DNA from: Wallemia ichthyophaga EXF-994
Taxonomy: Eukaryota; Fungi; Basidiomycota
DNA: 32,000 nt
Reading direction: 5' to 3'
Assembly: GCF_000400465.1 (NCBI RefSeq)
Contig: NW_008806278.1
Location: 172,592 to 204,591, forward strand
The notes under the pieces are model-generated. The model did no database searches, had not been told where the DNA came from, and saw only the letters and a list, made by a program, of their open reading frames with translations. Positions 1-9,682 of the stretch are shown here, in pieces. Position numbers and translations under genes: made by a program. Positions within the stretch are counted from its first letter, which is position 1, and each line of letters opens with the position of its first letter.

Positions 1-227
1 ATGAAAGGTAAAGCGGCCAAGCCGGTGTAAGCCGGATGAACTCCAGCATCGCAGACTATACGCTTTCCCTTGTATTCAATTAAGCAGCAAGATCTACCGA
101 CTTCCTGACCAGCACCGAGAAGCGTGATTCTGAGCTCGGAGTCACCGATTTTTGTAGTTTTCTGCGGCGGCTGATTTGGAGATATAAGTACATCGAATTC
201 ATTCGGGATATGCCTCTTTGCAGACAT
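1..227 (-). CDS. YSH1: mRNA 3'-end processing endonuclease Ysh1/CPSF73, 5' part (runs off the window start; not in the ORF track)
   Basis: Manual translation from ATG at 227: MSAKRHIPNEFDVLISPNQPPQKTTKIGDSELRITLLGAGQEVGRSCCLIEYKGKRIVCDAGVHPAYTGLAALPF. LGAGQEVGRSC and D-x-G-x-HP...LPF are the N-terminal metallo-beta-lactamase signature of CPSF73/Ysh1. Confidence 0.93.
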   Translation of the reverse strand, partial: MSAKRHIPNEFDVLISPNQPPQKTTKIGDSELRITLLGAGQEVGRSCCLIEYKGKRIVCDAGVHPAYTGLAALPF

Positions 228-296
228 TTGATCTTGGTGGTGTGAGAGAGAGGCCCTTGAACAGCAACGAGCACGAGCAGAGCAAGTAGATGAGAG
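228..296. promoter_or_regulatory. 69-bp divergent (bidirectional) promoter between YSH1 and MTF1
   Basis: Start codons at 227 (-) and 297 (+) face away from each other with 69 nt between them. Confidence 0.6.
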
Positions 297-1571
297 ATGC
301 TGCTCAGCAGAACAATCAGCACTAGACTGCTACTTAGATCCTTCTCCACGGCCTCGCATCTCCCAGCCAAAGATACTTGGAAGAAGGAATTCACCTTCTC
401 CGGGACAAAGCTCAGGGGCAGGGACACTATATCTTGCTTAGATACCGCTAGACGCTTTGTTCGCTCTATGAAAATTGATAGCATGGGCAGCAGCACCTCC
501 CCGGTGACTGTGATTGATGCTTATTCCGGTGCGCAACGCTATCAGCAGCAGAAGACGGCTCGCTGACTTTTTACAGGCTTTGGCTTGATTTCTCAAGCAC
601 TGCTTGAGCTGGAAAACGTCGGAAAAGTTATATCGATTGAGCCTGCACAAACATTCGGCAAACCACTCAAATCGCTATCACAACAACACAATGACAGAAT
701 GTTGTACATCGACAAAGACCCTTACAACTGGCAGGTCTACACTGATTTAGAAAAAGAGGGTCACTTGGACGGCGTCCTAGTCAGACCGTGGGAGGAGATG
801 CACGATCACTTTGCAGTATTTATGCAGGTGCCCGCTACAGTACATGGCGAGCAGCTGATTGGACAGTTCTTTCACTGCATGGTCTTCCGTAGCTGGCTGT
901 ATAGCAAGGGAAGAGTACCAATGGGATTGCTAATCAATAGTCCGTCGTATGAGGTGTGTTCTGTTCACTCTCTGGCTTAAGCTAACACTATGCAAGCGAC
1001 TTGTACACCTACCAGGACAGCCAGAACGAGGCAGAATAGCAGCAATCAGAGAAGCGACGTCTGTGGTAGACGTGCTCTTGCCAGAGACAGAGCTAAGACC
1101 AGATGACAATAGAATATACCCACAACTTAGGCAGCCAAATAAGAAGACAAAGAAGGCTGCGAATCTGTCCAACTATGTAGGCACAAGGGTCGAGCCATTG
1201 GTTAATATTCTCCCGAACATGCATACGTTAGAGTCATGGGAGTTCGTGACGAGGCAAATATTTGTGACGCGTAAATACAGCCTACGTAAATCACTCAAGT
1301 AGGTGGTTTAATAAGCCTTGAATATATTAACGTCGGTTGAAGGCATCTTGCTGTCAATGCAGACGTTGCCCTCAAAAAGCCTTTGGAAGATAGAGGTGTA
1401 GATCTCGACAAAGCTGTCAGAGACTTGACAATACAAGAAATTGCTAAGGTCATCGACGCTTTCAACGAATGGCCTTTCAAACCTGAAGTGAGTTTGATGA
1501 ATCGACGTACTTCTTACTGACAAGTGTAGATTCTATATAGGGACGATGTTGATGATAAGTATGCGGCTTGA
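297..1571 (+). CDS. MTF1: Mitochondrial transcription factor B / rRNA adenine dimethyltransferase-fold protein (multi-exon)
   Basis: Arg/Ser/Leu-rich presequence (MLLSRTISTRLLLRSFSTASH). The spliced SAM-binding-like motif DAYSG|FGLISQALL, then DPYNWQVY, WLYSKGRVPMGL, WEFVTRQIFV and C-terminal NEWPFKPE, match fungal Mtf1. Four GT-AG introns join three listed ORFs plus two small exons; the last exon/stop at 1571 is approximate. Confidence 0.8.
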
Positions 1572-3338
1572 AGTTGTTCTCAATCTAGACAGACGCTCTG
1601 TTTTGTACAATAGTATATTTGGCATGCACTGTTTGAAATCAATCGTGGACATACATCATGTCCCGTGCTGCTCTCTGGATGAGTCAACTTGAGCAATCTT
1701 GCTATAAATCTGTTGTGACTGGGTATGCAAAGTTTATTCTGGTTTTGGCATGTCTCAAAGCGAGCAATTTGGAGAACAAACATACACACTCCCAATATCT
1801 TGACTTCTACGATTCCAATGCAACTTTTATCACCCTCCTAATCCCATTATTTACATTTTCCAAATGCGCTGGTCTGAAGGCCAACCCACGATTTCAGAGT
1901 TAGGCTGACCCCAATTTTCCATATCTATCTCTTGTTCCAAGCGTAAGTAAGGCGCAGTCACAATATTTCTTCCTAGCGCCAATATTGAGTCCTGTAGACG
2001 CCACATAACGTAAAACATTTATCGCGTTTATAGGGCCGAATAAGTGAGATATTTGGGCACTCAAGGTCTCTACAAGTCAAAACAATCTGTATAAATCAAA
2101 GAGGCGTGTTTTATCCTCCGTATCTATCCTATAGCATACTCTAGAGCGATTTCGGCTCACTACTTCCGATCAACGTGCAGGACGCAATTTGGGGCACCAG
2201 GGATCCAAATCTGACAATATTATATTCATGAAGTTACCTACCAAGACCTTTTATTTGTAGATCTTGAAAACTCTTCAATCACCATCTGATATGAGTTAGG
2301 TGGTAAAGGAGAATTCCAACTCGGTGGATATTGGGCAAATGAAGGAGTTAAAGTTATGATTTGAGTGCTAGAAAGCTAACAAGAATATTTATGCGGTTAT
2401 ATTATACAAATTGCTATTATAAGACTTTGATGTACATATTTTCTCGACTGCTTGGTCATTTGCAGAGTGATCAAGATAAACTTTGTTCGAGAGAATAGTT
2501 CGCATTCTTAATACCCGATAATATTACTAAACGGATAATTGAAATCCCCCTGCTACCTCCTAGAGTCATCTTGAGGTCATTCATAAAGAAGACAGCACAA
2601 CGCATCATCAGAGTGTCAGAGACAAATGGAGGCCTTTAGTTTTTTGTAATGTCGCATATTTGTATGCAATACCTTGGCTAGCTCCTCGGTAAAGGAAGTG
2701 CGACATCAATCACGCTGACAATTCCAGCCACAAGATAACAACGTACAGCGCACGCTTCAGCTCATATTCACTTGAAATTAGGCAACAAAACCAGGTAGTG
2801 CGGCACAAAGCATACAGCGAATGACTGGGGAGGCCTTGGACATCTTGGTGTTTGCACAAGCTTAGCAGATAGTGCTCAAACAGTGGCGCGTGCAGTTGCT
2901 ATTGCTATTATGTGCTAGAAGGCTAATATTCAATCTAGTCTGTCACAGCAAACAAGAGGGTTTATGCGGAGATGCTATGCGTAGAACCAGCGGGCGAGAG
3001 ATTGAAGTGGCGGTAAAGATAAATGCAGCGTCGTGGATGAAGCAGGACGCTAATTATTGATTTTAACTGGCTAGCCAACTAATTGGTAGTAAAACATTGT
3101 ATGATATCAGCCAAAGAATCACAACCGAGTGTAACTGAGAAGCCTGCACAGTATGGCATCAGATCGGCAGTGCGTGGAATTATATCAAAGGGGACAAGGC
3201 TACGGATTTGATGTGATTACTCATTGACTAATGCTTCGTCATCGACGCTGAACGTGCCTCTGCCCAGTACCTCCAACATCCATCCATCACATCCGCTCAA
3301 TTTGCAACGGCGTTTACTGCACTATAATATCAGATACT

Positions 3339-4830
3339 ATGTCCAATTCGCCAGTCACACAGACGCATCACGTCTCTGAATCGGACGTTGATGTTCTCAA
3401 CAGTCTGTCCAATCCCAGTGCGAAAGTCGGCAGAAAAGCCAACCAAATTGGCAGCAGACGACCTTCTATGGATCCTATGATATTGGCATTGGCAGCAGCG
3501 AAGCCACCGACCCACAACCACTACCAGCATGACTGGTTCGGTATGGACTGCACCGGTTCGAAACCAAAGCGGTTGCCTACGAATTACCAATCGCAGCAAA
3601 AGCCACGCAAAGAAAGGCTGAGTGAACTGAAGCACGAGAGAAAGAATTCGCGGAGTAAGTATTATCTCATCTTGCCGGCGCATCAGCGTGCTAACCCTTG
3701 CCTAATCAGGTTCAGTGCAGTCGGTGGAAAAGCAACAACTGCCATTGGAAGTCACGTGTCAGGTCAGGACACGCATCCCAACACCACACGGCGAGGTGTT
3801 CTGCCATCTCTATACCAACAACCACGATAAGAAGGAACATCTCGCATTCATCGTAGACCCCGATCAGCTTAAGCGCGAGCACGTCTCAAGCAACGATATA
3901 CGCTCGAGATCCCTCGACGGCGTTCGAGCGGGTGAGAGCGAACTCGACCGGCTCACTAGAGGTGCTTACGTGGGCAAAATCAAGAGATCAGTCAATCAAG
4001 TTAACACTGCGTCCACTAATAATTTAAACGCTATGCCATTCGCACTCAGACAAGAAAATCAAGATCGGTTACCTCCCCTAGTGCGTATACATAGCGAATG
4101 CTACACTGGTGAAACTATTGGTTCGCAGAGGTGTGATTGCGGTGAGCAACTCGATGAAGCACTCCGTCAAATGTTTGTTGGGACTTCCAAAGACCACTTC
4201 AGCAAGGCACGAGGCGTGGTGGTATATATGAGACAGGAGGGTCGTGGTATCGGTTTAGCTGCTAAACTGCGTGCGTACAACCTGCAGGATCTTGGTCATG
4301 ACACTGTCACTGCCAATGAACTTCTTGGTTTTGGTGCAGATGAAAGAACATACGAAATCTCTGCTTCAATTTTGAGAGACTTGGGCCTCGGCGTTGGTTC
4401 ATCGGGTATTAGACTAATGACAAACAATCCAGACAAAGTCAGTGCGTTGGAAACAGAAGGTATCCCTGTGTATGATAGAGTTGAAATGATACCAAGAGCA
4501 TGGAAGTGTAGTCACAATGATGGTGTCTCAATGGCAGACGTTAAGGCTAAACATCTTTTCACAAATCCAGAAAGATTCAGTACAGGGGGTGAGCAGACTC
4601 CGAACATAGCTTCTAATCGTGGAGAAGAGGAGAAGGATGTATTTGCAAAGTCGCTTTCAAATGCAGAGAATGACAGTGGGGATGAATATGCACAACACGT
4701 GCTTAGACGTTCAGGGGCGACACTTATAGGAGCTGGTGCAGCACACGGCGACGATCTCGAACGTTATCTGAGAACTAAAGTGGAGCGAATGGGACATCTT
4801 CTCAAGATCCCGCAACAAAATAAAGACTAA
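3339..4830 (+). CDS. RIB1: GTP cyclohydrolase II (riboflavin biosynthesis), 2 exons, intron 3655-3709
   Basis: Motifs RTRIPT, LVRIHSECYTGETIGSQRCDCGEQL (three Zn-binding Cys), QEGRGIGL, KLRAYNLQD, LMTNNPDK and YLRTKVERMGHLL. GTAAGT donor and CTAATCAG acceptor join ORFs 3339 and 3715 in frame. Confidence 0.95.
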
Positions 4831-4905
4831 ATATATATGAGAAAAAGTTAGTAACTATTGTTTAATTAAAATAAGATCAAAGGATTGATTGTACGAGCAA
4901 AATTT

Positions 4906-5727
4906 TCATTGTAATACGCATTTACCCTGGCTTCCACCTTCTCCAGATGGTGGAACGTTTCTAGACTCTATCTCAGCGAGCATTGACTCAAATGCTTTAG
5001 CTGTTGGAGGTAATTAGCGGGTAATCAAGAGAGATGACATCATAACTGACAAACGTTTTCATTTGCTGCTGCTGAAACCTCTACATACGAAGCATTCAAT
5101 TCTTTGGACATTTGCTCGGCTTCTTCTCTTTCGACAACGCTGTAGTGGTGTTAGGGTGGCAAGTGGATAAATAGAGAAACCCACCGCTGCTGGACAATGT
5201 CGCTCTTCTGACCAATAACGACAACAGGCAAGGCTTCTAAGCCGTGGTAAGCGAGTAGCTTATCATGAACAGTAGCGACCATCTCAAACGAAGCGCGTGA
5301 GGCTAGAGAGAAGACCAACATGTAGCCGTGGATACCGATAGCGTGTTTGGAGTTAATGAGGGAGTATTCATCCTGTCCAGCGTTTGAATACGTAGATTAA
5401 AGGGTTATCAACCCACCTGACCAGCTGTGTCGAGGATATCGCACTCATACTCAGCGCCTTTGTACTTGATGGACTTTGTGAAAGTTGTTTCGATAGTTGG
5501 ATAGTAAGAATCGACAAAGACGCCTTCAACGAATTGCACTACCAGTGACGATTTTCCTACAAGGCTTAATTAAAGTTTATAAATCCCGTGAGCCACTTAC
5601 CAACGTTTCTGGAGCCGATAAGAAAGGAGAGAGGGGGAGAGCAGTCAACTCACCTGCTTCCCAAGACACAGATCTTCCTCCTTGGTTTGTCGCTTGGTTT
5701 CGCAGTTACAGGCTTGGACGACGACAT
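4906..5727 (-). CDS. RHB1: Rheb family small GTPase (6 exons, including an 8-nt micro-exon; missed by the ORF track)
   Basis: Spliced translation: [53 protein letters not shown]...ILDTAGQDEYSLINSKHAIGIHGYMLVFS...GKCVLQ*. It has the Rheb-specific Arg in G1, the YYPTIE effector loop, DTAGQDEYS and a CaaX box (CVLQ). Confidence 0.93.
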
Positions 5728-5837
5728 GGCGGTGTAGATAAGAGGAATTTAAAAGTGGCTGTATAATATAGCAGGGATTTACGATTTAAATGAGCAAATT
5801 GAATATCCGCGGATTTATTCTTTACAAGTTAAATTCA

Positions 5838-5843
5838 ACGCGT
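5838..5843. promoter_or_regulatory. MCB-like element ACGCGT upstream of the SPO12-like gene
   Basis: Exact ACGCGT ending 27 nt before the ATG at 5871, in the RHEB/SPO12 divergent spacer. Function is inferred from yeast MBF sites. Confidence 0.3.
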
Positions 5844-5870
5844 TTGTTAGGTTAAGTCATTACAATCGAA

Positions 5871-6309
5871 ATGGAAAACAAGGAGAACCCGCAAGTAGAG
5901 CAATTACACCACCCAGAATCAGCTGCCGTTGTCGATGACCAGAATGAGGATAAAGGCGCTGGCCAAAGAGCTTTGCTTGCGCAGAAGTTGAAGCAAACGT
6001 GGGTAGCTCTGGCGCGTAAACAAGCGTGTAGCGTGGCTGACGGTGCATTTACAGCTCAAACTCATTTGTGTCTCCAACAGACAACTTGATGACTCCAGTT
6101 ACAGCTAAATTGGCTAATCATAAGAAAAAGAACTTTTCAAAGTGAGTTTGTGGTGTGTTTGTTGTGGATTAGATACTCATCAGCCTCTCAGAGCTAAACC
6201 TGTACAGCTCACAGACAGATTCCAGTCCACTGTACCTACAGAATCGCCACAAGCTGTCAAAAGACACGACAATCCATTTGACGAAACTCCAAGTGGAAAC
6301 TCCAACTGA
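5871..6309 (+). CDS. SPO12: Spo12-family mitotic-exit protein (3 exons; only exon 1 visible in the ORF track)
   Basis: Splicing at GTGGGT...TTACAG and GTGAGT...CTCTCAG gives ...QKLKQTSNSFVSPTDNLMTPVTAKLANHKKKNFSKAKPVQL...*. SPTDNLM(S/T)P...KL..HKKK is the Spo12 family motif. Confidence 0.8.
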
Positions 6310-6542
6310 TTCATATTTAAATTTTCTAGTTTGTACAATTTTACACGAGTAAATAGGATATCATTCAATGTATATTTCTCTTTATCGGTCCTTACGCGAC
6401 GTGATTGATTTTCTACGCGTAGAGAAGTTTTGAGGGGAGTACATTGTAATAGCATTAATGTAGATATGGATATGAATGGGTTTTGTTATTCCCTTACCCT
6501 TTGAACGGCTAAATCCCTTCGACTCTAACCACCAAGACTGTA

Positions 6543-9316
6543 ATGGGCTCTAGATTACACGTCGTCAACGAAGAAAAAGAATTTAGGTGAGTTACTCCAC
6601 CCCTTAAAGCCATCACTTATCATTTCCAAGCTCTCAGCTCTCTCCCCAACTCGGTGAATGGGGTCTTAGCAACGCTGGATTCAATTACAACGTCGTCAGC
6701 GTATTTGGGTCTCAATCAACCGGTAAAAGTGCGTTAATGATCTTCTATTATGATTTCATCTCACAAAATACCAGGTACCCTCCTCAACAGACTATTTGGC
6801 ACTACTTTTGATGTCATGAATGAGAGCCAGAGAAGGCAGACCACAAAGGGTGTGTTGATTCATTTCCACGCCTAATAACCTAACACTACCCAGGTATTTG
6901 GATGTGCAAGGCCAAAGAAATACCTCTTCTCGTTATGGATGTCGAGGGTACTGACGGTCGCGAGCGTGGTGAAGATCAGGTGTGTCAGCCTACGGTCCTA
7001 ATCACAATCTAATCACCATTGAAAGGACTTTGAAAGAAAGTCTGCGCTTTTCTCTTTGGCTGCTTCATCCGTTCTCCTTATCAATATGTGGGAGCACCAG
7101 GTTGGTCTTTATCAAGGTGCCAACATGGGTCTTCTCAAGACTGTAATGGAAGTTAACTTCTCCATGTTTATCGCAAACTCTCAAGCCTCGTGTGTCTCCT
7201 GCTTTGCGTAGTGCGATTAGCTGACTCTATTGCGTAGCTTCCCGGAGAGCAAACCACCAAAGACCCTGCTTTTGTTTGTTATTCGCGACCATATTGGTAC
7301 TACACCACTTGACAATCTCCGCTCGACATTAACTAACGATATCGAGAATATCTGGAACTCTGTCTCAAAAGTGAGACTGTTGTTTGGGTCCCTTCGACAA
7401 TTTACTAACTCATTTACAGCCTGAAGGCTTAGCAAAAGCTGACTTGAGCGACTACTTTGACCTCGGATTCGTCACACTACCACACAAGCTCTTACAACCA
7501 GACGAATTCGATCATCAGACTTCGACCATCAGAAATGATTACTTTACAAAAAGCACATCTGGAAACTATATTCTCAAGCCGGAATACCACAGACAAATCC
7601 CAGCTGATGGTCTCAGTCATTATTTGCAAACAATTTGGGTATGTAAGTAAGCTTCCCCGTGTCCTTTCTTACACCTCGTAAAGGACAAGGTTCAAAACAA
7701 TAAAGATTTAGATGTTCCAACACAGCAAGAGCTTTTGGCTCAGTATAGATGCGATGAAATTGCTGCAGAGGCATTAAAGGTATTTCACTCCAGGTTAATC
7801 GCGGTGAGGAAACCAGTGGAAGTTGGAAAGTTTGTGCCAGAATTGGGTAAAGTTATGAGAGATTCCAAGAAGGAGGCTTTAGGTTTGTTACTGCTCTTTT
7901 TTTTAGACGCAGCTTATCAAAGATTCAGACATGTTCGACAGTACTGCCTTCCGTTACACAAAAACAGTTTACGAGAAGAAGCGTGAAGAGCTTACGGAAA
8001 CTATCAGCACTACACTCTCTCCCTTATACATCAACCAGGTTAAGAACTTGCACAAGAAGGCAATTGACAGTTACAAAAAGGAGCTTCATGCCAGGCTCAA
8101 ATCTGACTCTTATGACTTTTCAAATGTCGTGAAAGAGTCATCAATTCATCATCTCCAGACATTCATTGATCAGGCTAAAGAAATCACCTTAGCTGGTACA
8201 GACTGGTCTTATATTGAGACATTAGAGCAACTCAAAGTCGACATCGATACAGTATCGGCAGACTGTAGATCTGATGAGCTCATCAAACTCTTAAATCAAC
8301 TTGAGGTGCGTGTTGATTAAAGTGGTTAACAAACAGCTAATTATAATTATCACAGCGCTCAATTCAAAAGGACGCAGGTGAATTTGTTGAAGTATCTCTG
8401 AACAACCCAGATGCAGAGATGTGGGATAAAGTACTAGATAGATTCAACGCTCTGATAGAGCGCTCGAAGACATCTTACGTCACTAAAGCCAAGAGACTGA
8501 ATAGTACAGATCAGGAAATTAAAGCTACCACAGGCAGTTTGTTGCGTAGAGCATGGATTTCGTTGCGCAACAAGATCGAAGAGCAGTGTTCGGAATCAAT
8601 CTTGTTGTTCAGGTTGAGAACAATATTTGAAGACAAATTCCGTTACGATGATAAAGGTATACCCAGGGTGTGGAGACCTACAGATGATATAGAAGCTATC
8701 TACGCTGATGCAAGAGAGTACACACTACAATTATTGAAATTATACCGAAACATTAAACCTCAAGACATTAACAATTTGTTCACATATCCTCAACTCGATG
8801 ATAGCGTTTTAGACATTATAAAGGTTTCAGATCTTGAAGAGTCGTACAACTATGAAGAATCACTTCAAGTGCTAGGTGAAGCAAAAGAAGCACAGCTTGC
8901 TGGTAGATTCAAGAAGGACGCTGATGCTATTTATGTTGAAGCAAAACGTAGTGTCGTCAGCTCTATTTCCAAGATACCGTTATGGTTCTACGTTGCATTA
9001 TTGATATTGGGTTGGAATGAGCTATGGGCTGTTCTCAGTAATCCGCTCTATCTAACCTTATCGATACTTGGATTAGTCACTGCTTATTTCGTCTATACTT
9101 TAAACCTCGGTGGCCCAATCAGCACAATCTTAATGACAGTTGGGAAAGAAGTAGGTAGTGTTATTATTATAAGCTGTGTCTAACATCGCATCCAAGGTTA
9201 ACAGAATCATCGTTGATAAAATGATAAACATACAAAACGAAGCTAGGAATGCAGCAAATGGAGCTGCAACACCAGAGGCCAGCTCAGATGTCAACAAGAA
9301 TGCAGCCGCTTCTTAA
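6543..9316 (+). CDS. SEY1: ER-fusion dynamin-like GTPase Sey1/RHD3 (many short introns; start may instead be 6466)
   Basis: P-loop [55 protein letters not shown] and a C-terminal hairpin TM ([16 protein letters not shown]). The final exon ends at TAA 9314-9316. Confidence 0.95.
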
Positions 9317-9682
9317 AATAGATATTTTGTATATGGCGATTACAACATGCTTTCTGGATCGATTAAAGTGTGATTGAGAGGCGCTGCAACATAGACACTG
9401 ATACTTTTAACTGGATAATAGAGCCATGAATGTGGTAATGGAGTGATATTATTGATATGACTTAATGACGTGTTGACTTATTACCTATTAGCGGAAAGGA
9501 CATTTAAGTCGTTTACAAGGTTTGGCAGTGTTAGATGGGTATCGGATGTCCTTCCAAAGCTGGCTATGGCGCTATTACAGACTTGCAAGCTAATATCGAG
9601 TGATCAGCTGACCACGTCTTTTCAGATAAGATCGGACTGAATAACTTTTGCATTTAAACTTCGACAAGCAAATAATTACATA

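Noticed and set aside
2649-2706. 8-bp inverted repeat ATGTCGCA / TGCGACAT
   Set aside because: Too short, with a long unpaired spacer; expected by chance.
2100-3338. FMN riboswitch or other known riboswitch upstream of RIB1
   Set aside because: I found none of the conserved RFN-element or TPP-riboswitch sequence blocks, and FMN riboswitches are not established in eukaryotes.
3555-3561. tRNA T-loop-like GGTTCGA (also at 11361-11367)
   Set aside because: Both lie inside well-supported CDSs and lack cloverleaf stems or an A box.
5601-5608. Asn at the Rheb S16-equivalent position as an activating variant
   Set aside because: S. cerevisiae Rhb1 also has R-N-V-G-K in G1, so this is a natural fungal state.
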